Positions 18,764-28,549 of a stretch of DNA of 64,000 bases are shown one piece after another. The DNA is taken from IMG/VR virus record IMGVR_UViG_3300006467_000282, positions 18,032 through 82,031 of that record. One strand, written 5' to 3'. The stretch's first letter is position 1. Each line of letters begins with the position of its first letter. The notes beneath the pieces were generated by a model, which saw only the letters and a list, made by a program, of their open reading frames with translations, did no database searches and had not been told where the DNA came from. The position numbers and the translations under genes were made by a program. The stretch comes from a virus (lineage: Duplodnaviria > Caudoviricetes).

Positions 18764-18971
18764 AAGCATTGAAGTTTGCATTCATGTTTTAGGAACCAGT
18801 GAACAAGCAATCTTTACTTGTGAAGATATCGAGAAAAAACATATTAAAATTGTGATTCCCAAATCGCAAGTCGAGCTAATCAGTGTAGGTTCATATAGTG
18901 ACATTAGTTATGGCGATGCAGTTGATATAAAACTCCCCCGCTGGTTAGCAATTGATAAAGGATTAGTATGA
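18753..18971 (+). CDS. Hypothetical protein
   Basis: ...IKLPRWLAIDKGL; start moved from 18705. Confidence 0.65.
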   Translation: MKNKSIEVCIHVLGTSEQAIFTCEDIEKKHIKIVIPKSQVELISVGSYSDISYGDAVDIKLPRWLAIDKGLV

Positions 18972-19228
18972 AAGAATTTACTATAAAAGTCGAAACAGAA
19001 GTAAAGATCGTTATTGATGAAGATAAATGGGACCAAAAATCATTATCTGAATGGGCTAAGAATTTCCGTTCCTTCGATCAGTTTTATCCAGTAGTACAAA
19101 GTCTTGGATTATTAATTAATCGTTCCCTCTTAAGCCAAGATCCTGAAAAGACAACAAAGGGAAAACTTAAACAAAACAGTTTACTGATTAATGTCGGAAA
19201 CGGCACTATGGATATTAGACTGATATAA
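18968..19228 (+). CDS. Hypothetical protein
   Basis: ATGA overlap with the previous gene. Confidence 0.55.
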   Translation: MKEFTIKVETEVKIVIDEDKWDQKSLSEWAKNFRSFDQFYPVVQSLGLLINRSLLSQDPEKTTKGKLKQNSLLINVGNGTMDIRLI

Positions 19229-19242
19229 CTGGAGGGATCTTA

Positions 19243-19467
19243 ATGGAATTTGATATTTGGACCGAAGGTTATAGTGCTACTGGAGATTCATCTACTGCTC
19301 AGTTTCATGGAACATTTGAAGGTGAAAACTTCTCTGATGCAGTTAAGGCATTTAGGGATTCTTTATCAGATCAGCATTCAATACAATGTATTAATTTAAA
19401 AAACTTAACATTTTGGGGATGTAGATTTTTTGATAATGAAAATGATGCAAGAAAATCTTTCGGATAA
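19243..19467 (+). CDS. Hypothetical protein
   Basis: GGAGG RBS. Confidence 0.7.
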   Translation: MEFDIWTEGYSATGDSSTAQFHGTFEGENFSDAVKAFRDSLSDQHSIQCINLKNLTFWGCRFFDNENDARKSFG

Positions 19468-19492
19468 TAATTAATATGACTGGAGATACTTA

Positions 19493-19654
19493 ATGGAATA
19501 CGGAATAGGTTATTATTGGGTGAAGTTCTATAATCATGATAAGCAAATGATTATGTATTTTAATGGTTTACATTTTGAAAGTTTTAAATCGGACGAAGTC
19601 CCTCATGATGAAATTGATCATGCATCCGTTAAAAAGGTTGAGTTTCCTATATGA
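19493..19654 (+). CDS. Hypothetical protein (53 aa)
   Basis: GGAG RBS; MEYGIGYYWVKF...; not in the track. Confidence 0.6.
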   Translation: MEYGIGYYWVKFYNHDKQMIMYFNGLHFESFKSDEVPHDEIDHASVKKVEFPI

Positions 19655-19917
19655 AATTATTCCTATTATGCATTCTTATTTTCTTTTATTTGGCGATATT
19701 AATTTGGACTTTTTGGGAAGATCGAACAGGAACATATTGGAGTTGGGATAGCGGAGAACTAACCCGTACAACAACATATGCTGATAAAACTACAAAAGGT
19801 TTTTGGTGGGCTGCTATATGGCCTCTTCGATTTGTTTATTTCTTTATAAATAATCTCTTATACCTAATAAAAGAATTAGGTAAATTAGTTTTATTAGGAA
19901 TCGGAATTAAACTATGA
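19651..19917 (+). CDS. Membrane protein
   Basis: Hydrophobic segments; coupled overlap. Confidence 0.65.
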   Translation: MKLFLLCILIFFYLAILIWTFWEDRTGTYWSWDSGELTRTTTYADKTTKGFWWAAIWPLRFVYFFINNLLYLIKELGKLVLLGIGIKL

Positions 19918-21581
19918 AATACGAATTCAAAATGCAGCCTTGGGATCATCAGAGAAATGCGTTGTTGGTTTCCTGGAATAAATATTACTTTGCACTATTA
20001 ATGGAATATGGTACAGGGAAAACCAAAGTAATAATAGATACTACGGGAATTCTTTATGAACGGGATGAGGTTGAAGCTTTATTTGTAATTGCACCAAATG
20101 GAGTGCATGAACAATGGATTAATGAGCAAGTACCTGAACACCTTCCAGAACGTATTCCATATATTGCACGTATCTGGACCGGATCCCGTTCCAAAAAGTT
20201 TAAACGTTCATTGGAAGAATTCTGGGATGAAAAGAATAAGGGTAAGCTCAAGATTTTTACAATGAATGTTGAAGCTTTACAATCAAGTAAAAATGCAAGA
20301 AACTTTGCCATTAAATTCTTAAAGGATTTTGATACATTATTGACTGTAGATGAATCAACAAGGATTAAAACTCCTGGAGCCAAACGAACAAAGTTCATAG
20401 TAAATCGCTTAGGCATAATTGCCAAATACAGAAGAACATTGACCGGTAATGAGATTACTCGTTCACCATTTGATGTCTATTCACCCTATACATTTTTATA
20501 CAAAGATTTCTGGAATCCAATTCCAAACCACCATATTTTTACACATAGATTTGGTGAATGGAAAACTCAGAAGTTCCCAAAGAAATCTGTTAAGGTTTCA
20601 TCTTTTACTTGCCCGCACTGTCTTGATACACCAGAGCAAATTCTTTTAAAAAGACAGTCGGGCATTATCTTTCCGACATGTAATATATGTGATAAAATTG
20701 TTCGGGAGAATAATCGTTATCCGTTATGTTCTAATATTGCGCTTAAGGCCAAAACTCCAGTATATCCTAAAAATTTAAAAAAGTTAATCAATAATGACGG
20801 CGTATTTGAATTTCCAAAATTAATCAAATACAAAAACATGGAACAGCTCAGGGCAATGACCAAAGAGCACTCCTTCCTGGTTAGGAAAGAAGATTGCATG
20901 GATCTGCCGCCAAAGATTTATCAGCCAATATATTGTGAGATGAACGATGAACAAACCAGGATTTATAAGGAATTAAAGGAAGAATTATATACTGAATATA
21001 ATGGTGTAGAACTTTCTGTTCCAAATAAGATTGCTTTAATGGTGCGATTTCAACAAATCGTTGGTGGATTCTTCCCCGAGACTGGTGATCCAATCGGAAA
21101 GAAAAATCCTAAGATCGAATCAATGCTATATGATTTAGAAGATATTGATTGTGCTAATCCTATTATAATATGGTCGCGTTTCACTGCTGAAATAAAAGCT
21201 ATTACTCATAGATTGAAACAAGAATATCATGATAGAAGCGTTGTTTCATTCTTCGGTGAAACTCCAAAAGAAAAGCGACCACAGATTAAAGAAGACTTTA
21301 AAGCAGGAAAGATCCGCTATTTTGTAGCAAATCAAGCAGTTGGTGGAACAGGATTAAACCTGCAATTAGCTTATATGATGTATTATTATTCTAATTCGTT
21401 TAATGCTGAAGATAGATGGCAAAGCGAAGATAGAATACATCGTGGTGGTCAAACTAAAACTTGTCTTTACAAGGATATCTTCATGCGGGGAACAGTAGAC
21501 GATACTCTTAAAAAAGCAAACGATGATAAGAAGAACATCGCTGAATATTTTAAAGGTAACGAGATACAGGACTTAGTATAA
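19914..21581 (+). CDS. SNF2-family helicase
   Basis: MEYGTGKT, VDEST, LTGNEI, IIWSRF, GGTGLNL, QSEDRIHRGGQ. Confidence 0.92.
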   Translation: MKYEFKMQPWDHQRNALLVSWNKYYFALLMEYGTGKTKVIIDTTGILYERDEVEALFVIAPNGVHEQWINEQVPEHLPERIPYIARIWTGSRSKKFKRSLEEFWDEKNKGKLKIFTMNVEALQSSKNARNFAIKFLKDFDTLLTVDESTRIKTPGAKRTKFIVNRLGIIAKYRRTLTGNEITRSPFDVYSPYTFLYKDFWNPIPNHHIFTHRFGEWKTQKFPKKSVKVSSFTCPHCLDTPEQILLKRQSGIIFPTCNICDKIVRENNRYPLCSNIALKAKTPVYPKNLKKLINNDGVFEFPKLIKYKNMEQLRAMTKEHSFLVRKEDCMDLPPKIYQPIYCEMNDEQTRIYKELKEELYTEYNGVELSVPNKIALMVRFQQIVGGFFPETGDPIGKKNPKIESMLYDLEDIDCANPIIIWSRFTAEIKAITHRLKQEYHDRSVVSFFGETPKEKRPQIKEDFKAGKIRYFVANQAVGGTGLNLQLAYMMYYYSNSFNAEDRWQSEDRIHRGGQTKTCLYKDIFMRGTVDDTLKKANDDKKNIAEYFKGNEIQDLV

Positions 21582-21608
21582 TAATAATAATAATAAAGAG
21601 GAAGGAAA

Positions 21609-22298
21609 ATGAAAAATCTATTTACAGGTATATTAATTGGAGGTGCTATTCTGTTCTTTTTAGTGATTATTTTTAGTCTTAATGAAGCAAGAAAAGCTCC
21701 CAATAAGGAAGTTGTATATTTCAAAGCTAATAAAACGGAGATCTTAAGCCAAATTAATAAATATCTGGAAGAAAAAGATTTCTTGAATGCTGAAATTTTA
21801 TTAGCAACATATCAAGTATCTGGCGATCCCGATTTGTTAGATCTTGATCGAAAAGTTCAAACAGATTCTTTATTATATGCATTAAAATCAACCGATAAAG
21901 ATGATTATCATGCTTTGAAAGTTACTTATAAACAATTGATTGGTATTCATCCGAGTAATAGAAAATATCAAACGAATTACAGGATTTATAACAATAAATA
22001 TATAAAGCAGCAAAAAGAAATCAACAGAAAAGAGAATCGTAAACAAGAAATTGCATCTCAATTCAGTAGTTGGGACGGATCTCATTATAATCTCGAAACA
22101 GTTATCAAACAATCGATGAATGATCCAAAAAGTTATAAGCATGTTAGAACCTGGTATTGGGATAAAGGTGATTATTTAGAAGTAACAACTACTTTTAGAG
22201 GCAAGAATGCTTTCGGTGGGATTGTTAAGAATTCCATAACAGCAAAAGTTACTATACAGGGCTTAGTCTCTGAAATTATTAGTCAGGGAGCTATTTAA
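21609..22298 (+). CDS. Membrane-anchored hypothetical protein
   Basis: N-terminal TM segment; QFSSWDGSH...FRGKNAFGG. Confidence 0.75.
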   Translation: MKNLFTGILIGGAILFFLVIIFSLNEARKAPNKEVVYFKANKTEILSQINKYLEEKDFLNAEILLATYQVSGDPDLLDLDRKVQTDSLLYALKSTDKDDYHALKVTYKQLIGIHPSNRKYQTNYRIYNNKYIKQQKEINRKENRKQEIASQFSSWDGSHYNLETVIKQSMNDPKSYKHVRTWYWDKGDYLEVTTTFRGKNAFGGIVKNSITAKVTIQGLVSEIISQGAI

Positions 22299-22799
22299 AT
22301 GAAAGCAATGGAATATATCGTAAGAACCAGGGAATATCTGGACTATCTGGAAGAACATATCTTAAATGTACAAAGAGCTTGGAATGAAATCCAGGAAAAA
22401 TGTAAGGATATGGCATTTATATCGGATGATTTTACTTTTTTCACACTTGATAAAGAAATAAAAGACCATGATTTATCAAAGTTCTCTGAAGAAGAATTCG
22501 TTCAATATAGAAAAGCGTTTTATCCTATTAATAAAGCTCCAAAAGGTGTTTTAGATTCTGCATGGGAACATCATAAAAATAATAATCCCCATCATTGGGA
22601 AAATTGGACTCAAAAAACTGGAGTAGCTGACATTATTTGGATACCTAATTGTGTTCACATGATAGTCGACTGGCTCGCAATGAGTTACAAGTTTGGTGAT
22701 AGTCCAAAAGAGTATTATGAAAGTAATACAGATACTATTAAAATACCAGATTTTGCAATTAAATTTATGTATCAGATATTTGAAAGGTTGGAGAAATAG
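22299..22799 (+). CDS. HD-like phosphohydrolase (DUF5662-like)
   Basis: HDLSK, AWEHH..NNPHHWE, MIVDWLAMS. Confidence 0.7.
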   Translation: MKAMEYIVRTREYLDYLEEHILNVQRAWNEIQEKCKDMAFISDDFTFFTLDKEIKDHDLSKFSEEEFVQYRKAFYPINKAPKGVLDSAWEHHKNNNPHHWENWTQKTGVADIIWIPNCVHMIVDWLAMSYKFGDSPKEYYESNTDTIKIPDFAIKFMYQIFERLEK

Positions 22800-23089
22800 T
22801 GAGACGCAAAATAAAACAAAAATATAAAAAGCTTTGGCCACATTTCGGAATTTTCTTTTGGCAAACATGTGATAAATGCGGATATGAATTCGTAAGAGAA
22901 TCTGGATGGTATGCTATAACTGGACCAATTTTTAAAGGCCATGGACGTGGTCGGTATTTATGTAAAAAATGTGCGCCTACTTTAGAAATTGCAGATGATT
23001 ACTTTTATAATAATGAGTTTATTGGTAAAAGACCACCTCCACCGCCTGCCCCACCTAAAAAACGAACTATAAAGGAATCTCTTTCATGA
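22799..23089 (+). CDS. Zinc-binding hypothetical protein
   Basis: CDKC...CKKC; poly-Pro tail. Confidence 0.6.
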   Translation: MRRKIKQKYKKLWPHFGIFFWQTCDKCGYEFVRESGWYAITGPIFKGHGRGRYLCKKCAPTLEIADDYFYNNEFIGKRPPPPPAPPKKRTIKESLS

Positions 23090-23361
23090 AAGATAATACG
23101 AATAATTTAGTACCAGAAGAATGTTGTGATTTTGGGGAGTTTAAATGTCAAGTTCCAATTCCGATAAGTGGTAAAGTACAATTTGTTGATATATGTATCG
23201 CTCATATTGTATCTGCATTGAACGCTGCTAATATCACAACAGTTGCGAGTTGTTGTGGACATGGTAAAATTAATGCGAGCATTATTTTAGAAGACGATAA
23301 AGAGTTAGTTCTCCGGAAGTTTGATGAGTCAAACTATAATTCAAATAGAGTAATGGAGTAA
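23086..23361 (+). CDS. Conserved phage protein with an SCCGHG motif
   Basis: DICIAHIVSALNAANITTVASCCGHG. Confidence 0.7.
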   Translation: MKDNTNNLVPEECCDFGEFKCQVPIPISGKVQFVDICIAHIVSALNAANITTVASCCGHGKINASIILEDDKELVLRKFDESNYNSNRVME

Positions 23362-23363
23362 TT

Positions 23364-23585
23364 ATGGACGGATTCTATATTTGCTTTGAGCATACAACTT
23401 ATTGGTTTGAGTTTCATCATATGTTTGGTCCGTTTTTCTATCGAATTGAAAAAGGGGAAGAGATAGACATCATGGATGAGTTCGAATTTGATGAGAATAA
23501 CGATTATAAATGTACATCTAATAAATTCCTATGGGATTTCTTTGATAAATGGCATAAAGAATATCTATTGAAGGAGAAAAAATAA
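23364..23585 (+). CDS. Hypothetical protein
   Basis: GGAG RBS; in operon. Confidence 0.6.
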   Translation: MDGFYICFEHTTYWFEFHHMFGPFFYRIEKGEEIDIMDEFEFDENNDYKCTSNKFLWDFFDKWHKEYLLKEKK

Positions 23586-23815
23586 TGGAACGATTTTTTG
23601 TTAATAAATTCCCTATAAATATTCCTACTAATACGGGAGATGTTATTCCGATTGGAACTATATTTACAATTGACAGTATAAGCGGAGATTTTTTTAATTT
23701 AAAACCTATTGTTGAAATTAAAGGGCTTGAATATGATCTTATGTTTGGTGCATTAATGATGGAACATGCTTTTACTGAACAAGAACATATTTCAAATAAG
23801 GAAGAAGAGAAATAA
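23585..23815 (+). CDS. Hypothetical protein
   Basis: TAATG coupling. Confidence 0.6.
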   Translation: MERFFVNKFPINIPTNTGDVIPIGTIFTIDSISGDFFNLKPIVEIKGLEYDLMFGALMMEHAFTEQEHISNKEEEK

Positions 23816-23827
23816 CGGAGAAATAAA

Positions 23828-23959
23828 ATGCAAATACAACGTCAGGGAAGATCTGAGGACAGAGCTCAACTCAGTGATATCTTAAATACATACGGCATGG
23901 GAGATTGGATAGAAGACTGGGTATGGCATGCTATTTTTGAAATGTATACTCATAAATAA
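23828..23959 (+). CDS. Hypothetical protein (43 aa)
   Basis: GGAG RBS; not in the track. Confidence 0.5.
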   Translation: MQIQRQGRSEDRAQLSDILNTYGMGDWIEDWVWHAIFEMYTHK

Positions 23960-23971
23960 TTAACATAAATG

Positions 23972-24000
23972 TTTACAAAATAAATATTTTATGATAAAAT
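23972..24000 (+). promoter_or_regulatory. Promoter TTTACA-N17-TAAAAT with extended TG
   Basis: Direct reading. Confidence 0.7.
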
Positions 24001-24034
24001 GCTTCTATAAAATTAATTAACAGGAGATAGAAAA

Positions 24035-24640
24035 ATGGTAGATGATATTTTTGCAGACATCGAGGAAGCAGCAGATAAAGATAAAGAGGACAAAACTATT
24101 GACCTTGGTCCAATATCTCGTCTCGTTGATCAGCAAGCAATGCTCGAAAGAACAGCTTTAGAAACACATGTACAAAATCTATACTCATTTATTAAACTAA
24201 ATAATATGTCAATAGAAACTATTGAAGAAGCAATGAAGCTACGGGCTAAAGATCTATTTAAGGTTCGTCAGGTTCAGATTCCTGAAATGATGAAAGAATT
24301 TGGTTTAAATGCTATTGAAAGCACATCTGGAACTGCTATTAAAATAATGGACGGGTTATCCGTTACTATTAAAGATGCAGACAAATTGCATGCTTTCCTC
24401 CGAAAAAATGAAGCAGGGGATTTAATCAAAAATAAGATAACTATCGAAGTTGAAAATGAAGAAAAAAGAAAGGAGGTGGTTAAACTATTAGAAAGTAAAG
24501 AATTAAATTATGAAGTGAAGGAAGCGGTTCATAATGCAACTCTTAAAAAACACGTAAAAGATCTACGTAAAGATGGAAAAGATTTGCCGAATGAATCAGT
24601 AAAAATTTACGAGTACGAATACTCAAAAATCAAAAAGTAA
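24035..24640 (+). CDS. Conserved phage replication-module protein
   Basis: IPEMMKEFG...G..I.I...LS...AFLRKNEAGDLIK...VHNATLKK; typically paired with the next gene. Confidence 0.7.
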   Translation: MVDDIFADIEEAADKDKEDKTIDLGPISRLVDQQAMLERTALETHVQNLYSFIKLNNMSIETIEEAMKLRAKDLFKVRQVQIPEMMKEFGLNAIESTSGTAIKIMDGLSVTIKDADKLHAFLRKNEAGDLIKNKITIEVENEEKRKEVVKLLESKELNYEVKEAVHNATLKKHVKDLRKDGKDLPNESVKIYEYEYSKIKK

Positions 24641-24650
24641 AGGAAAAATT

Positions 24651-25529
24651 ATGGCTAAAAAATCAGAGACAACTACTGAAAACAAATCAGTTGTAAAAAA
24701 AGACGAAGCCGCATTGCCAATCTCGGTAGAAGAACTGGAAGCAATGTCAGGACAAGGGTTTGAGGGCGCAGACAAAGATTCTTATGCAATACCTTTTTTA
24801 AGAATCTTGCAAAGTACATCACCTCAAATTAATGAAGATGAACCAGCTTATATTGAAGGTGCTAAAGTTGGTATGTTCTTTAATACTATTACAGGTGAGT
24901 TATTTGGTAAAGAGTTAGATGTAATTCCTGCTCATTATGCAAGGGATTTCATTGAGTGGATGCCAAATCGTGGAGGATTTGTTACAACTCACGGCTCAGA
25001 TCCAGTTATTTTGGATCGTATTGTAAAAATTGATGATAACAATAATTCCATCCTTGATAATGATAATGTTATTCAGGATACACGCAACCATTATGTATTA
25101 CTTGCCGATCACCTTGAACAAGGTCCGATCATTCTTTCACTTACATCAACTGGTATCAAGCATTCCAAAAAGTGGATGACTCTAATGAATACCTTGATGA
25201 TTCCAAATAGTAAAAAACAAGCACCAATGTTTGCAGGAGTTTGGAAAATTGAAAGTGTACAGAACAAAAATGATGATGGTACCTGGTATCAAGTAGGTGA
25301 CAAATCTGCAACTTGCATTAAATTCAAAAATTGGGTTGATAAAGATCAACTCGAAGCAGCAACTTCCTTCAGAAAATTACTTGCAGCAGGGGAAGCAAAA
25401 GCGGATTGGGATTCAGCAGATGGCGAATCAAATAAATCCGGTGTAACTCAAACTGGATCTCCTTCAGCAGGGGGCTATGAAAAAGATGGTAAACAGTTTG
25501 ATAGCGAGGGGAATGAAATTCCCTTTTAA
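24651..25529 (+). CDS. Putative single-stranded DNA-binding protein
   Basis: GQGFEG...IPFLRILQSTSPQ; acidic C-terminus ending EIPF. Confidence 0.65.
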   Translation: MAKKSETTTENKSVVKKDEAALPISVEELEAMSGQGFEGADKDSYAIPFLRILQSTSPQINEDEPAYIEGAKVGMFFNTITGELFGKELDVIPAHYARDFIEWMPNRGGFVTTHGSDPVILDRIVKIDDNNNSILDNDNVIQDTRNHYVLLADHLEQGPIILSLTSTGIKHSKKWMTLMNTLMIPNSKKQAPMFAGVWKIESVQNKNDDGTWYQVGDKSATCIKFKNWVDKDQLEAATSFRKLLAAGEAKADWDSADGESNKSGVTQTGSPSAGGYEKDGKQFDSEGNEIPF

Positions 25530-25563
25530 TTAACTGATTATCCAAACAAAAATTCTATTATAT

Positions 25564-25596
25564 TATCCGGGAGCATAAAAACTCCCGGATATTTTT
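25564..25596 (+). terminator. Intrinsic terminator TATCCGGGAG-loop-CTCCCGGATA-TTTTT
   Basis: 10-bp stem plus T-run. Confidence 0.8.
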
Positions 25597-25616
25597 AACA
25601 AAAGCGAGGTGTTAAT

Positions 25617-26591
25617 ATGAATAGGAGAAGAATAGCAAATCATCTAAAGAAAATCCACAACAATTGGGTAGAATCAATTCAAGATGAAAATGTTCGTACT
25701 CTTGCTCGAAACAATTCTATTATAACTGGTGGTGCTATAGTTTCTTTACTTACTGGGGAACAACCAAAAGATTATGATATTTACTTTACAAATAAAGAAA
25801 CTGTTCTGGAAATTGCTAAATATTATGTAAATATATTTAATATAAAAGAAGGCAATAATAATGCATCTGTTATTGATGGTGCAGATTACCAGGATGAAAC
25901 AGAACAACAAGAAAAATATGAGATCCGTGGTACAATGTATGCAAATCTTACTGAAGATCGAGTAAAGATTATTACCGGTGGTGCAGGTGTACTGGAAGAT
26001 GAGGATGAAACACAATCTTTAAATGTATATGAGATCTTAAATGATACTGATGACGCAATAATTGATCCTCCTGTTGAAGAAAAGAAAAAAGGTAAGGATA
26101 AACCCGAACCATATCGTCCAGTATTTCTATCAACAAATGCAGTAACTCTTTCTGACCGAATCCAACTTATCATACGATTCTATGGCGAGCCAGATGAAAT
26201 TCATGACACCTTTGATTTCGTCCATACGTTTAGTTATTGGCGTTCTGGAGACTTCGATGAACTACATCTAAATGCTGAAGCATTAGAAGCAATACTCGAT
26301 AAGAACCTGGTTTATAAAGGATCTAAGTATCCCTTATGTTCCATCATACGTCTTAGAAAATTCTTGAAACGTGGATGGAAAATCAATGCAGGTCAAATAC
26401 TGAAGATTTGTTTTCAATTATCTGATTTAGATCTGTCAAATCCCGATGTTTTGGAAGATCAATTGATTGGTGTTGACACAGCTTACTTTATGAAATTGGT
26501 AAGAGATATACGTGAGCAAATGGATGCGAATGATGAGTTCATTATTGACCAGAACTATGTCACAACTATTGCTGAAAAAATATTCGGTTAG
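25617..26591 (+). CDS. Nucleotidyltransferase-fold protein (pol beta superfamily-like)
   Basis: GGAIVSLL...KDYDIYF (GG...DxD); FDFVHT; RLRKFLKRGW. Confidence 0.65.
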   Translation: MNRRRIANHLKKIHNNWVESIQDENVRTLARNNSIITGGAIVSLLTGEQPKDYDIYFTNKETVLEIAKYYVNIFNIKEGNNNASVIDGADYQDETEQQEKYEIRGTMYANLTEDRVKIITGGAGVLEDEDETQSLNVYEILNDTDDAIIDPPVEEKKKGKDKPEPYRPVFLSTNAVTLSDRIQLIIRFYGEPDEIHDTFDFVHTFSYWRSGDFDELHLNAEALEAILDKNLVYKGSKYPLCSIIRLRKFLKRGWKINAGQILKICFQLSDLDLSNPDVLEDQLIGVDTAYFMKLVRDIREQMDANDEFIIDQNYVTTIAEKIFG

Positions 26592-26607
26592 TGAAAGGCG
26601 GGAATAA

Positions 26608-26928
26608 ATGAAAATACATCTGCTCGAGGAATGTCCTCATTGCGAATTTACAATGGGGGAAATAACAAGGGTTGGTAATCAAAATAAACTAACATGTTCC
26701 AGTTGTAAAAAATATATTAAATTTCTTGGCAGGAAAGAAATAGCAACTATTGCTCGTAGAAGAGGAGCAACAGTTGACACTGTTTATAATGAAATTATTG
26801 TCGGAGATGCAGCAGTTGCTTATGATCCTAAGGGATTACCGGATGATGAGACTGATCGAATTGAAAAGCTGCATTTTAAAATAGATCTATTATTAGATCA
26901 CTTTGGAATAATAAATGACAACAGTTAA
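26608..26928 (+). CDS. Zinc-ribbon protein
   Basis: CPHC...CSSC. Confidence 0.65.
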   Translation: MKIHLLEECPHCEFTMGEITRVGNQNKLTCSSCKKYIKFLGRKEIATIARRRGATVDTVYNEIIVGDAAVAYDPKGLPDDETDRIEKLHFKIDLLLDHFGIINDNS

Positions 26929-27286
26929 TGAACATATAAGAAACCATTTATTAGAACGAGTAGGAATATTTAAACCTGATCCAAAACCTTCTTTAGAATC
27001 TTTAAAGAAAACAGAATGGAGTTCTAAATTCGAGCAGTTAATGAGAAATCGTTTAATTGTAGGTGCTTTCCGTTATGGATTAATAAATGAACCAGGTAAA
27101 AAGCGTTACGACAGGACAGATAGTATTCGGCAAAGACTGGATTTATATAACGAAACTGGAAATGCTGAACATTTAGTTGATATAGCTAATTTATGTTTGA
27201 TGGAATTTGAGGAACCAAACCACAAACGTTTTCATTTTAAGGCTCAAGATGATGTAATTCATGCAGAAGAGTCGAAAGGAAGATAG
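26915..27286 (+). CDS. MazG-like (all-alpha NTP pyrophosphatase-like) protein
   Basis: LMRNRLIVGAFRYG...EHLVDIANL. Confidence 0.55.
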   Translation: MTTVNEHIRNHLLERVGIFKPDPKPSLESLKKTEWSSKFEQLMRNRLIVGAFRYGLINEPGKKRYDRTDSIRQRLDLYNETGNAEHLVDIANLCLMEFEEPNHKRFHFKAQDDVIHAEESKGR

Positions 27287-27291
27287 AAATT

Positions 27292-27963
27292 ATGGAAGAA
27301 CTGAAAAATGCAATTGTAAAATCTTTTAATAAAATGGCGGACAGCGGTAAAATACAGGAGATTATTGATAAAAAATTGGAAGCAACTGTTACCAGTGTTT
27401 TAGATGATTGTCTTCGTGATTGGTCTGATTTTGGAAAAGCTCTGAAAGAAGTTGTAAAGACTAATCTTAATATTAATATGGATGATTTGAAAATTGCAGG
27501 CTATAATGATTTAATTTTAAAAATTATTCAGCAGAAAATTGATAGTAATATTTCAGCAATTAGTACAGAACAAATTGAAAAACAAATGGCTGAACTGTTG
27601 AAAAATCCTCCTACGGAAATCAAACTCTCGGAACTCATTGCTGATTTTATTGAATATAATTGTGATGAGGATAATCCATATGAAAATCCTGAAGAGATTA
27701 CCTTCATATATGAAAATAAACATTATCCTTATGTTTATTTTGATAAAGAACCAAACCAAGAAAAATATCGATGCGAATTTAGATTTGGTATTTCTGATGA
27801 AAAAATGTTTAATTGCAAAATAGATGGTGAAGAATTAGATAAATCTCTTTTCCATGGAGCAATGTTTAATTTTGAAAAGAAATTGTTCCATATGTATGCA
27901 GCTGGTACAAAGATAATAATGGATGTTGATGATGTTGAAACATATTATCCTTCTCCAGATTAA
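27292..27963 (+). CDS. Hypothetical protein
   Basis: Long in-operon ORF. Confidence 0.75.
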   Translation: MEELKNAIVKSFNKMADSGKIQEIIDKKLEATVTSVLDDCLRDWSDFGKALKEVVKTNLNINMDDLKIAGYNDLILKIIQQKIDSNISAISTEQIEKQMAELLKNPPTEIKLSELIADFIEYNCDEDNPYENPEEITFIYENKHYPYVYFDKEPNQEKYRCEFRFGISDEKMFNCKIDGEELDKSLFHGAMFNFEKKLFHMYAAGTKIIMDVDDVETYYPSPD

Positions 27964-27979
27964 AAAATGGATAAAACGA

Positions 27980-28008
27980 TTTACAAAATAATATTTCTAT
28001 GATATAGT
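27980..28008 (+). promoter_or_regulatory. Promoter TTTACA-N17-TATAGT with extended TG, heading the base-modification cluster
   Basis: Direct reading. Confidence 0.75.
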
Positions 28009-28039
28009 GTTTATTATTTAACCAAATACGAGAGGTATT

Positions 28040-28549
28040 ATGGAACACGCATTTTTAGTAGAAATAAATACAATGAATTATCGGAAATGGGATTCTAATA
28101 AAAATGAAATTCATGGACGATTTGTAATAATGGAAAGTCCGACACAGCTAAGCGATTATTTTCCGCAAGAAAAATTAGTTCAGCTAAGAACAAATATTCG
28201 TGGTAAAGAAAGCAAGTCAGATATCAGTAAATCAGCTAAAAAGTTAGCAAAAGAATGTTATAATGCAATCATAAAAATTAAACCACAAGTTCAATCTACA
28301 GTTAACCCTAAAGTTAACTCCACAGAAAAGAAAGTAACTAAATCTGGCCGCTTAAGAGAGTATTTTCTAATGAATGAAAGCGGTTCTGTATCGGATTTAG
28401 TTGCTTTTACAGGTTTTGATGAGAAAAATCTCAGAACAGCAGTTAGTATTTTAGCAAATCCTGGTAGAACAAAATATCCAATAGTTATTCAGTATGATTC
28501 CGACAATAAAATATATAAATTAGAAAAGGAGGATGAATGCCAAGCATAA
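28040..28549 (+). CDS. Hypothetical protein with a possible C-terminal winged helix
   Basis: GAGG RBS; SVSDLVAFTGFDEKNLRTAVSIL. Confidence 0.65.
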   Translation: MEHAFLVEINTMNYRKWDSNKNEIHGRFVIMESPTQLSDYFPQEKLVQLRTNIRGKESKSDISKSAKKLAKECYNAIIKIKPQVQSTVNPKVNSTEKKVTKSGRLREYFLMNESGSVSDLVAFTGFDEKNLRTAVSILANPGRTKYPIVIQYDSDNKIYKLEKEDECQA

